This document shows, piece after piece, positions 31,310-41,481 of a DNA stretch of 64,000 bases. The notes beneath the pieces are model-generated. The model saw nothing but the letters and a program-made list of their open reading frames with translations. It searched no databases and was not told the DNA's origin. The stretch comes from Rebecca billardiae RCC1528 (taxonomy: Eukaryota > Protista > Haptophyta), in assembly GCA_965240325.2 (NCBI GenBank), contig OZ251234.1, forward strand, positions 868,001 to 932,000, in the 5' to 3' direction. A program made the translations under genes and the position numbers. How positions within the stretch are numbered: the stretch's first letter is position 1; the number at the start of each line of letters is the position of its first letter.

Positions 31310-31960
31310 CACCTGCTTGAGGTGCTCGCGCTGCGCCATGCGCTCGACGAAGGGCCGCTGGTCGCTCAGCCGGCGCGCCTCGGGCCGGCATAGCGAGAGC
31401 GCGCGCCACTGCTGCCCGCCCACGCTGCGCAGCCACGCGCAGACCGAGCGGAGCTCGGGGTGGGACGAAGCGAGTGGCGTGTCGCGCCCGCCGCCAGGCG
31501 CACGCGTGCCCTGCTCCGCACCGCGCCGCCGTGCTCGCCCGCCGCCTGCTCCGCCGCGTCGGCCTCGAGGATGGCGGCGGCCAGCGGCAGGCTGAGCGGC
31601 GCGCGCTCGCCCACCGTAGCTTCGAGGGCCGTCCACACCTGCTCGAGCTGCTGCAGGGCGTGGACAAGGGCAGCGCGCGCGCCCAGCGCATCCGTGCCGC
31701 GTGACGCAGCGCGTCGAGCTCGGCGTCTCGCTTCGCCAGCTCGGCGCCCAGCGCCTCTGCGCGCACGCGTCGAGCTCGGCGTCGCGCTTTGCCAGCTCGG
31801 CGCCCAGCGCCTTCACGCGCACGTGCTCGTGTATCTGCGCGCGCACGGCCTGCGCGCCGCCGCCCATCTGCGCGCGCAGACTCGGACTCGTTGCGGCTGG
31901 CTGCTAGGGAGTGCTAGGGTGCGCGCCGCGTAGTCGATGGCCAAGGCCTGCAGCCAGCGC
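31310..31960 (-). pseudogene. Patchwork of coding-like fragments in shifting frames with a 56-bp internal duplication
   Basis: ALGAELAKRDAELDA occurs twice; other fragments LQQLEQVWTALEA and GGQQWRALS..RPFVER; splice-like GCAG| and |GTGCGC borders; no coherent ORF. Confidence 0.35.
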
Positions 31961-33049
31961 GCCTGCACCGAGAAAAGAAGGCGCGGCACGCGCGCTATAA
32001 CCCAGTCCACGCAGACACGCGAGCGCGTGCTGGAGCGGCGCGCCGGGGCAACCGTCCACGTCGGCCGCGCGGGAGCCGCAGGTACTCTCGCGTGCCTGCG
32101 CGACGCAGCGCGCACGCACAGCGAAACGGGCGCGGGGTAGAATTCAGGAGAGCGCCGCCGCCCGCGCACCACCCCACCGAGAGTGCGCACATGCGCACGC
32201 CACGACATGGCACGACATGGCGCACGAGTCGGACGCAACGCCCGACAGACAGAAGCCTTCGAAAATCCGCGCGCGCCCGCAAACGCGGCCGCGCGCGCGG
32301 GCGGGCGCGCGGGCGTGCGTGCGCCACCCGCGCGGGAGGCGCCCGCGGCCGCGCGGGCGGCGCGCGCGCGGCGCGCGCTCCGCGCGGTCGTCCACACCGA
32401 TGGCGGTCGATCGAGGGCGACGAGGGCTCGCCCCGTTTTTGGAGCGAGCGCGTGCCGCGCGCCCCCTGGCCCCCAACTGGGTATGATAATACCCACAATT
32501 ACCCAAAATGACCTTATGCCCCCAACACCGTTATGATAGCGAGCCAATGTACTGATATGATAGACTGAACGAGAGTACCCACAATTACCCAATCTATCAT
32601 TTTACTATGGTCACACTAGAACGAGAGTCTACCCACAAAATTTACCCAGCCTGGCACACTTGGGCGTGGGTTTCGTTGATTCCTCTGTTCACTATTCAAG
32701 ACGGCGGACGCGACCTTTTCGACGCTAATCCATGTGTTAGGAGGTCTCAAAAAATCGAAACTCGGTCTCCCCACTCTGGAAAACACCGCCCCGTCCCTTT
32801 TTTCTTTGATCAAAGATCTTTTTGAAACGTGGTTCGGGCCCGCTGGTGCGGGCTCCACGCTGCGCGCTCCGCCCTGCACCGCGGGCCATTATGCTCAGAA
32901 TATCGACATCGTCATCATGATCATCATCAGCGCCGGCCTGTTTAATTATGCTCGGACTCGGAGCAGTAGTGTTAAACTCGTGATGAGCCTGAGTATGTTG
33001 CTGAGACCGATGAGGCTATACACTGTATCATGCATGCTACTGCTGTATG

Positions 33050-33640
33050 CTAGTAGCTGTTTATGGTGGATGCACGCTGGATGTCGTTGTCCGCGTCGCA
33101 CAGCCGCTCGGCCGCGACCGCCACGCGGAGCGAGCGGCGCTTCGCCCACCTGCCGATGAGCATGTCGGTCACCTGGATCTCGCACCACTCCATCAGATTG
33201 CGCAGCGTAGGCACAGCGCTTTCGCGGAGCAGCACCGCCGCCATGCCGTACACCAGCGGCACGCGCAGCACGTCCACCTCGCTGTTCGCCTGCCACGCCA
33301 TCGGGTCCGCGCGCATGCGTGCCAGCTCCGTCGACGTGTACAGCGGCTTGGAGGACAGCGTGCCGGAGCGCTGCATCCGCACGCGCACGCTCGTGCGGTC
33401 GGCGCCGTCAACGTCCACCTTCGCCACGTCCCACGTGTGCGGCGGGAACTCGCGCAGCAAGCGGCACAGCCGCGGCCGCCAGTCCGGAAGCACTTTGGAG
33501 TCGTCCTCGAGCAGCAGCATGTACCGCTCGTCCGGCCGCGGCGTGCGGTGACCGCGGTCGGCGGGGGAGCGCGTGGCATGCGGCTCGGCGGCGCGCAGTG
33601 CGGCGAGGTCGTCTTGGATCCGCCGGATCGCCACGAGCCC
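33050..33640 (-). pseudogene. 5'-truncated glycosyltransferase family 25-like fragment
   Basis: YMLLLEDD, WDV, YGMAAVLL..A, D.LI motifs. No ATG or N-terminal half; upstream is a repeat/hairpin cluster. Confidence 0.6.
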
Positions 33641-34800
33641 GCTCAGTTGACCGAGACAACGCGGTCAGTTGACCGCATGGTGTCTGCGGTCAACTGATTA
33701 CGGCTGAATACGTGGTTTTAGTACGCGCCTGAGTGCCAACGTGACAGATCGAATCAGCGACCTCGATTTAGGGTACTCCAACTTCGGATGTCACGTATGT
33801 CACATATATAGCCGTCACTGAGTCCGGATAGGTCCGGAGAAGGGCGGATTCCGAAGCCCCGGACCCGGGGCTTCACTTTAGTACACCGCAAACGAGCTAC
33901 TGCTAGCCATTGCGCGTGCTGTGACTCGGATGTCAATTGCCCCAGCGTGGCCTGTGGGTGCCCCAATGCGGCGGCAACCGCCCCTTCTCTGCAGTCTGCC
34001 TGTAGTTCGGCTCAGATGTGCTCCGCGGACAACGGCGGGGCAGCCGTGCTGCATGTCGCCGTGCGACCGCGACCCGTGTGACACGTCACATCCGCACCGA
34101 GGCAGTTGAGCCGTTAGTGATCGGCCATGGGGCGACTCAGATGTGAACTGGGGTGACTGAACTACATGTGGCTACAAGCTGCCCCACGCCTGACTGTAGC
34201 AGCGCACTTTATTATTGAATGGTGCCGTGCAGCCGCCACGGACTACCCGCGTAAGAGCACGGCACGACCGAGCAGATTCGCAGCACACGCCACTACATGC
34301 AGCATCCACGCCTGCATTGGTCGAGACGCACCTTAGCAGCTATCCTGAGGGGACCAGAGACACGTCTCACAGCCTGCCTCACACAACGCACCCACAAAGT
34401 ACCTCAGCAGAGCCGATGGAAGCGGCACGCTGATGCTGCGCGGCTCACGGCAGACGTTTGCCCGGCACCGCGCACGATCGCGTGCATTGTGCAGGCCGTA
34501 ACCCGGTGGACAACGAGACGAGGGCCACGGTGAGGGTACAAGACATCATGCGCAACATGCCCAGCAAGATCCCCACCGACGCACCAGCTTCTATGCCTCC
34601 CGGCGGCGGAGGCTCGAAGTGCCGCCATGCACGAAGCCGGGGCTTCTCCATGGGTACCAAAGAGATAATTACGCCGGGCTGCAGCGGCGACCCCATCAGT
34701 CAGCTGCTCTGACAAGGCGCGCTCAGCAGTGAGCAGAATGTCGTCGCAGCTCCCGCTCGCGAGACATCACCGCCTCCGAGACATCAACGCCGCCGGGACA

Positions 34801-35637
34801 TCACCGCCGCCAAGCTGACGGCGTGGGGCACCCTTCGGCAAGCGCGAAAGCCTCGATCTCGGCGAAGCCGCTTTCTCGGGCGATCGCGAGCACTTCTGAA
34901 CCCCATGGAGCGTAGTTCTGGCGCGCCCAGAGAAGCATGGCCATATCGCCGCGCCGAGCGGCACGCGTGCACACGCGCGTATCCCATGGGCATGCGCAAT
35001 CCATTCGGAGGAAGCTCAGCGTGCGCAGATGCCCAGCCGCCGCCGCGCTGGCGCATGCGTCAGCAGTCAGGCTGCAGCCGGCATCGAGCAGCGCACAAAG
35101 CACATTGATGTCGGGATGCGAGGCAGCGCTTGCGGTCACGGTTGAATCAAGGGGGCACGCGTTGTCGATGCAGTACTGGACGACGTGAAGATGCCCGGCC
35201 GCCGCCGCCACCGCGCACGTCTTTGAGGACCACGGACAGTTGCACTGCTCGCGCAGCGCGACGAGCGCGCCCAGCTGGCCAGCCTCGGCTGCCGCGTGGC
35301 AGGCGGTGGGCATGAACGTGTAGGCACTCCTGTGCGCCCACGCGATCATGCGCAGGTCACCCATACGTGCGAGGGCCGCGATCAGGCGGTTTTCCGACCA
35401 CGCACAGCCACTTTTCCGACGCAGCCAGAGAAAGCCAAACGGCGAGCATGCGTACTGCTTCACGTCCGTGACGAAGCGCGTCCGGCTCGAGCCGCTGCTC
35501 CGGCGCGCGTACGCGACATCGCACAGATCACGGCAGACCAGGGCAAACGCGAACAATCCGCCCTGCTGCTCGACGTGCGAGGCAACGAGCGCAAGCACGT
35601 CCGCGCCGAGAAGCGTGATCGGCTTGACGCCCGCCAT
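34801..35637 (-). CDS. F-box-like N-terminus + 'CPW' ankyrin-repeat protein
   Basis: LGADVLALVASHV..FALVCRDL; repeats CPWSSKTCAVAAAAGHLHVVQY and CPWDTRVCTRAARRGDMAMLLWAR, typical of algal and giant-virus ankyrin families. Confidence 0.82.
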   Translation of the reverse strand: MAGVKPITLLGADVLALVASHVEQQGGLFAFALVCRDLCDVAYARRSSGSSRTRFVTDVKQYACSPFGFLWLRRKSGCAWSENRLIAALARMGDLRMIAWAHRSAYTFMPTACHAAAEAGQLGALVALREQCNCPWSSKTCAVAAAAGHLHVVQYCIDNACPLDSTVTASAASHPDINVLCALLDAGCSLTADACASAAAAGHLRTLSFLRMDCACPWDTRVCTRAARRGDMAMLLWARQNYAPWGSEVLAIARESGFAEIEAFALAEGCPTPSAWRR

Positions 35638-35767
35638 CGACCGAAACAGCCTCGACCGGTCTGACCCAGCCGTCCGGGGTCCGTCGCAACACGTTCAACG
35701 TCGTCTGTCCGGACCGCGATCCGCCGGTTGGCCCAAGCAACAACTCACGAGAGTCACGGCCACGAGG

Positions 35768-36790
35768 ATGGCGCGTGCCAAGCCCATCATGAAGCGAACG
35801 CCCGCGCGGCGGGCGGGCGCGGGCGCGGGCGGCCCAAAGAAGGTGACGAAGCGCGCGCCAAAGCCCAAGAAGCTCAAGCCGCGCGTCAAGCGCCTGCTCG
35901 AGGCGCGAGAGGCGAAGATCGTCGAGAACCCGAAGGTGCTCCTCGCGATGCATGGCACCAAGACGAGCGCCGAGATCAAGCAGCTGCTGTCCGACCTGGT
36001 CGCGCTGCGCCGCCCGCACGCGCAGCGCCTGTCGAAGAGTAACACCGCGCGCCCCTTCGAGGACACCACCTCCGTCGAGTTTCTTGGCCAGAAGCGCGAT
36101 GCCTCCCTGTTTGCGTTCGGCTCGCACACGAAGAAGCGTCCGCACTGCCTCGTTCTCGGCCGCCTCTTCGACTACCACGTCCTCGACATGGCGGAGTTCC
36201 TGGTGTCGGGCATCAAGCCGCTGCGCGCGTTCGCAGCCGGCTTCCACCCGGGCTCGCCCGTCGCCCTCGTCTTCGACGGCTCCGACTTTGAGCACAAGCC
36301 CGAGCTCGGTGTCGTGCGCAACCTGCTGCACGACATCTTTGGCGAGCGCGAGCTGGAGCAGGTGCCGGCGAAGCTGCCGGCGGAGCGCGTGCTCGTGTTC
36401 ACGGCGCACGGGGACGGGATGATCGCCATGCGGCACTACGCGACCAGCGTCGGCGGCGGTGCGAAGGGCGGCGCGCGCCGCGTGGAGCTCACGGAGATCG
36501 GCCCGAGATGCGACCTGAAGCTGATGCGCACGCGCTTTGCGGACGACGAGCACCGGAAGGCAGCGCTCAAGCAGCCGAAGGCGACGGCGGCGAAGCCCAC
36601 GAAGCAGAAGAATGTGGAGCACACCGCGCTGCTCGGCAAGCGCGGAAAGCTGCGCGTCGAGCGGCAGGACCTGCAGCAGGCTGCGATCAAGAAGATGAAG
36701 GCGCCCAGGGCTGCAAAGAAGACCGGCAGCGGCAGCGCGGGCGCGTCAAAAGCGGCGAGCGTCAAGCCAAAGGCTGGCAGAGGCGAGTAG
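35768..36790 (+). CDS. RPF2: Ribosome production factor 2 (Brix domain)
   Basis: KRLLEAREAKIVENPK, RPFEDTTSVEFL..DASLFAFGSHTKKRPHCLVLGRLFDYHVLDMAEF, ELTEIGPRCDL. Confidence 0.94.
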   Translation: MARAKPIMKRTPARRAGAGAGGPKKVTKRAPKPKKLKPRVKRLLEAREAKIVENPKVLLAMHGTKTSAEIKQLLSDLVALRRPHAQRLSKSNTARPFEDTTSVEFLGQKRDASLFAFGSHTKKRPHCLVLGRLFDYHVLDMAEFLVSGIKPLRAFAAGFHPGSPVALVFDGSDFEHKPELGVVRNLLHDIFGERELEQVPAKLPAERVLVFTAHGDGMIAMRHYATSVGGGAKGGARRVELTEIGPRCDLKLMRTRFADDEHRKAALKQPKATAAKPTKQKNVEHTALLGKRGKLRVERQDLQQAAIKKMKAPRAAKKTGSGSAGASKAASVKPKAGRGE

Positions 36791-37291
36791 CCCGCTGGCG
36801 GCTGCTGCGACCGGCCGAGTGGACGCTGCGCTCCTACGGCTGTCGTCCTGACCGTGGCCGAAGTCAGATAGCATACACGGGCCGTCGCGCAGGTCCGAGG
36901 CCGAGGCGAGCCGGCACGGCAGAGTTGAGCGGTTGACACTGATTAAGCTAGCTTACGTAGGCGGAGAATAATATGATATCGCGATGGGGCGCCGGTAGTG
37001 AGATATATCAGCAGCGAGCAGCGCAAAAATAATATATAACCTGCAGCTCGCGATGATCTGGCACTCGACGCGCGACTCAGTGAGTCAGTAAGGCGGAGTC
37101 TAAGGATGACTGAATACTGCGATGATGACTGATGAGTGATGAATACCTCGTCATTCCTCAACCTGCCGAGCTAGCTATGCACTACTGCTGACACTGCTAT
37201 GTCGTCAGAGTCGTATCGTCAGTGTATAGTAGTACGACTTGTCAGCAGCAGTCTCGATGACGATCGATAGTACTACCGGGACAGTGAATCA

Positions 37292-37293
<2 letters not shown>

Positions 37294-37354
<61 letters not shown>
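37294..37354. repeat. (TA)n microsatellite between convergent genes
   Basis: Direct observation. Confidence 0.95.
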
Positions 37355-37359
<5 letters not shown>

Positions 37360-37584
37360 GTCTGTCATCAGTCATCACTGTACATAGCGTCATATGTATA
37401 TCGCGAGTACAGTCATCGTCATGCAAGTCGTAAACATCCGGCCGCGCTTGTCGCAGTCTTACTGCTCGCGCTAGCCGCCTCCGCACTCTGTGACTACGTA
37501 GCAGATGAACTCACGACGAGGCTCACAGACGGTCCCCGGGCGCCACCGGCCACGCTACGTGGTACTGGCCGCATTACACAGCAC

Positions 37585-39762
37585 TTACACGAGCTGCACC
37601 GCAGCGCGCCGAGACCGGTGCCGCCAGGCCAGCAGCACGACGATCGCGACCACGAGGGTGAGCGCGGCGCCGATCGCCGGCACGGGCTTCATCCGGGCGG
37701 CGGTCGGCGCACGCGCCGTGTCCGCCATCTCCCCAGCCACCGCGTCGTCGCGCGCTCGGCTTGACGCGTGCGCGGGCGGCTCGTCGAGCTCGAGGTGCGA
37801 GACGCTGCATCCCTTTGGGCGTCCGCAGAACTGGCGGCAGCACGCGCACGAGCACAGGTCCTGCTCCGCGCCCTGCGGGTCGGTGAAGTCCCAGCGCGCG
37901 GCGCACTTGTTCGCGCCCCACAGCGAGCACCGATGCCGCATGCACATGCCGCACGGGTAGTGATAGCCGCTGAGCGAGGCGCCCCCGTCCGCCCCCGCGT
38001 TCGTGCACACGCCCTGCGCAGGCAGCGTCTTGCCGGACGCCGCATCGAGCCCGTCGGTCTGCGTCTCGATGGCGTCGCAGCCGTTGAAGGCGGTGTTGCC
38101 GCTGAAGACCGAGGCCTCCTTGGCCCACGTCTCGGGCGAGCCGAGGAGCAGCGCTCCGCCGCCCTGCGTCGACTGCAGCCGGCGGCGCGCGCCGTCGCTG
38201 GCGCCGCCGCCCACAGACGGTGTCGGCTCGGCCGCCTCGGCGGCCTCGGCGCGCAGCTGGCGCCGCCGGGAGGCGTCAACCACCGCGTTGTCTTCGAAGT
38301 GGCAGCGCGTGAACGCCAGCGAGACATTCTCGCTCGTCGAGAGCGCGCCGCCGCCCACGGCAGCGCGGTTCTGCGTGAAGGAGACGCGGCTGAGCTCCGC
38401 CACCAACTGCCCGCCCCGGCCGGTGCCTGCCCTGTCGCCCTCAAGGCTCATGGCGCCGCCGCGCTGGTAAGCGACGTTCGCGCTGAAGACGCACGAGGCG
38501 GCCACGAGCGTTGCCTCGTCGTCCATGGCGAGCGCGCCGCCGTCGATATGCGCCAGGTTCTCCTGGAACTCGCAGCCCTCGAGGTTGAGGGCGACGTCGT
38601 TGCGCACGGCGATCGCGCCTCCGTTGCCGGGCGCGGTGTTGATCGTGAAGGTCACGTCGCGCAGCTCGGCGACGACGTCGTTCCAGAGGACGAGCGCACC
38701 GCCGCAGGCGCCGCGGGCGTACGTGCAGGCGTTGTTCTCGAAGGCGCTCGAGTTGATGCGCAGCACCGCGTCGTTCCACGCGCCGAGCGCGCCGCCCTCG
38801 TCCCCCGCGCTGTTGTCGTCGAAGCGACAGCCGTCGACGCTCAGCTGCACGTCGTTCCACACAAAGATGGCACCGCCGTCGTTGCCCGCCTCGTTCCCGC
38901 TGAAGCTCGACGTGCTGATCGTGACCCGCGCCTGGTTGTACGCGCGCACGGCGCCGCCCGACGAGCTCGTCGCCTTGTTCCCCGTGAAGGTGCAGCCCTT
39001 AACCGTGAGCTGCACGTCGTCGCTCACGTGCACGGCGCCGCCGCTGTCGGCGACGTTGCCACTGAACGTGCAGCCCGTGGTGGTGAGCGAGGCGGTGTCT
39101 TCGGCGTACACGGCGCCACCGCGCTCCTCGCCAGCCGTGTTGCCCGTAAATTCGCACGCGTCGACGCTCAGCACAGAGGTGAACTGCGCATAGAAGACGC
39201 CGCCGTTGCCCTTCATGCTGTTGCCCGTGAACGTGCTGTCGCTGAACGAGGCATGGCTGCCGCCCAGCAGCGCGATGGCGCCCGTCACCCCATCCGACGC
39301 CGAAGTGTCGGTGGTGTCGGTGAGCTCGACACGCGCGAAGCTGGCGTCCGAGTTCTGGAGAAGCACCACACCTCCGACATCGACGCTTCCCGCCTGTGAT
39401 GAAATGTTGGCTGCGCTGAAGCTTGCGCCTGTGATCCAGATGCCTTCGACGAGCCAGTCGTCGACGCCGTCGAGAAACAGCGTGCGCATGCCGACGGCCG
39501 GCTTGAACACCACCGTGCCCAGGCCCGTGAGGGTGACTTTGCTCGTGTTCGCGTACAGGGCCTCAGTGAGCACATACTCGCCGGCCGAAACATCGATCCG
39601 CACGGGTGGCGGGAGCGAGGGCAGCTGCGCAAAGGCGGCCTCGAGTTCAGCAACGTCACTCACCGTGAGCTGCGTCCCGGACGACGCCTTGACGACGGGT
39701 AACACGGCCATCCACGCGAGGACGACGAGGCAGAGAGCGCTCGAGCGCAGACTTGGCGGCAT
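37585..39762 (-). CDS. Type I membrane protein with PMP-like (FxxN / GGA[ILV]) beta-helix repeats and a Cys-rich juxtamembrane domain
   Basis: Signal peptide MPPSLRSSALCLVVLAWMAVLPVVKA; more than 10 F.GN.A..GGA repeats; C-terminal TM AIGAALTLVVAIVVLLAW followed by RHRSRR. Confidence 0.85.
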   Translation of the reverse strand: MPPSLRSSALCLVVLAWMAVLPVVKASSGTQLTVSDVAELEAAFAQLPSLPPPVRIDVSAGEYVLTEALYANTSKVTLTGLGTVVFKPAVGMRTLFLDGVDDWLVEGIWITGASFSAANISSQAGSVDVGGVVLLQNSDASFARVELTDTTDTSASDGVTGAIALLGGSHASFSDSTFTGNSMKGNGGVFYAQFTSVLSVDACEFTGNTAGEERGGAVYAEDTASLTTTGCTFSGNVADSGGAVHVSDDVQLTVKGCTFTGNKATSSSGGAVRAYNQARVTISTSSFSGNEAGNDGGAIFVWNDVQLSVDGCRFDDNSAGDEGGALGAWNDAVLRINSSAFENNACTYARGACGGALVLWNDVVAELRDVTFTINTAPGNGGAIAVRNDVALNLEGCEFQENLAHIDGGALAMDDEATLVAASCVFSANVAYQRGGAMSLEGDRAGTGRGGQLVAELSRVSFTQNRAAVGGGALSTSENVSLAFTRCHFEDNAVVDASRRRQLRAEAAEAAEPTPSVGGGASDGARRRLQSTQGGGALLLGSPETWAKEASVFSGNTAFNGCDAIETQTDGLDAASGKTLPAQGVCTNAGADGGASLSGYHYPCGMCMRHRCSLWGANKCAARWDFTDPQGAEQDLCSCACCRQFCGRPKGCSVSHLELDEPPAHASSRARDDAVAGEMADTARAPTAARMKPVPAIGAALTLVVAIVVLLAWRHRSRRAAVQLV

Positions 39763-40051
39763 GACCGTTCTGGAAGTCTTCGGGCCTGATTTCGGCGGGG
39801 GTCGGCGCCATCTCTCCAGGGCTCCCGGGCGGGGAACTTCAGGTGAGTAAAAGTGTCGTGTAGTTGCGTAGTAGTAGGTACAATACAATTACCGTATGTA
39901 CTGCTACTAGTAGTAGTATGGATAGTCAGATCCGGAGATCCCGCCCAAACTTGTCGCGCGCGGCCGCCGCCGGCGGGCGCAGCTCTTCCTCGCACCTCCT
40001 CCCCTGCTCGCACTCGCAGGGCCGACGATCGCCGAGGTCGGCGTGGTAGTG

Positions 40052-40417
40052 ATGCCGCGGTCAGTGTCATCTGCAGCCGCGCTGCCGGCGGCTGCCCTGC
40101 TCTTACACCTGCTTTCGGTCAATGGAGACGTGCTTCCGGATTCGCAGCTCCGTCCCTGGCATGGTGGGCGATACGCCCCGCCGCCACCGGAGCCATCGTC
40201 ACCTCCGCCCTCTCCTTCGGGCTCAAGCCTGCTGAAGCTTTCACCCAGCCGCCGACCGATGGCCGAGGCACAGGCTCAGCTCTTTTCTGGTGGCACGGTG
40301 GTGGTTCTCGTCGTGGCTGCTTTCGCGATTGTCAGCATTTCTATTGCTTCTGCGCTGGGCCTGGGCTCGCCACCTAATGGTGGCGAGGAAGGTCGGCGCT
40401 CGCAGGATATGATCTGA
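40052..40417 (+). CDS. Small Pro/Ser-rich single-pass membrane protein, paralog A (121 aa)
   Basis: Signal ...LLLHLLSVNG|DVLP, Pro-rich stalk, TM ending VSISIASALGLGSPP; conserved with the paralog at 40992-41339. Confidence 0.75.
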   Translation: MPRSVSSAAALPAAALLLHLLSVNGDVLPDSQLRPWHGGRYAPPPPEPSSPPPSPSGSSLLKLSPSRRPMAEAQAQLFSGGTVVVLVVAAFAIVSISIASALGLGSPPNGGEEGRRSQDMI

Positions 40418-40991
40418 GACATCGCTGAATCGCATTGTCCATGGTGGCGGGCAGCCGGCGCACCTTGGCGTGCTCGCGCTTGCCGTCGAGCTGTGCCTAC
40501 CTATCCTCCACCTGATCACGGAGATGGAATGCGCTGATTCTGGGCTGCCCGGCTCGTGGCTTCAACGGCGTCGATGAGTTCAGCGACGGCTCTCTTCAAT
40601 GTCTGGCTGCTCTGCGCCGAATGCTCCTGAGCACTGTCGGCTATATTGATACAGTATCGTCCACTGCTAGTTTACAGACTAAGACTGTCAACGTCAGCGG
40701 CACTCGGCCTGCGGGCCCAGTGACTGGCAGCCGGATGATGAGGTCCGTGCAGGTCTGCTGAGTCCGACTGAGACTCCGTGTGAGTCGGGCTGATCGAGTG
40801 GCTGGCACGTGACACTCATGAAGTAGGCTGCTGGACGACAGGCCATCATCGCGGCGCGGCCCACCGTGCCGCGCGTTAGCATGGCAGGGAGCCGACTCAG
40901 ATGCAGGCAGTTTGCTGCCCGGCCCGCCGCTTGCCGGCAGCCCGGGTTCGGGTCGGCACTTCTCCTGAGTGCTGCAGACGGCCCCACGGCG

Positions 40992-41339
40992 TCAGATCTC
41001 ATCATCCTGCAATTGGTAGTCCTCACCATGACGTGGGGGTGAGCCCAGGCCTAGCGCCGAGGCAATAGAAATGCTCACGAGCGCACACGCTACCACAATG
41101 AGGACCGCGGTGAGACCGCTCGAAGAGCGCTGGCCGAGCGTCTCTTGCGTCGACTGACGGCTCGCATATATTCCCAGCAAGGCTGCACCACCACCGGGAG
41201 ATGGAGGGGGGTGCGCGGGTGACGCTGACAGGGAGGGAGGCGGTGGATACTCTGGAAGGACATCACCGGTGGCCACGAGCAAGTGCAGAATGACGGTCGC
41301 TGCACGGGACGTGACAGCGAGCGCGGAGAACCGCGGCAT
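40992..41339 (-). CDS. Small Pro/Ser-rich single-pass membrane protein, paralog B (115 aa)
   Basis: MPRFSAL...ILHLLVATG|DVLP, Pro-rich stalk, TM ending VSISIASALGLGSPP. Confidence 0.75.
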   Translation of the reverse strand: MPRFSALAVTSRAATVILHLLVATGDVLPEYPPPPSLSASPAHPPPSPGGGAALLGIYASRQSTQETLGQRSSSGLTAVLIVVACALVSISIASALGLGSPPRHGEDYQLQDDEI

Positions 41340-41481
41340 CGGCGTGGAGGTGCCGCGTCCACTTCCCGACCCGCAGAGGCTGGACGGAGCCGGAAGGGTA
41401 CAATCTCGCTTGAAAGTCCGGGCCCCCGCCCGCCGGCCGGCACTGATTCCGCGGGCGTCGCGCCCGGCCGCCTGACCAACG

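Noticed and set aside
31330-31450. HMG-box gene
   Set aside because: Only a partial resemblance (GQQWRALS...PFVE) within a frameshifted mosaic, which is insufficient for a call.
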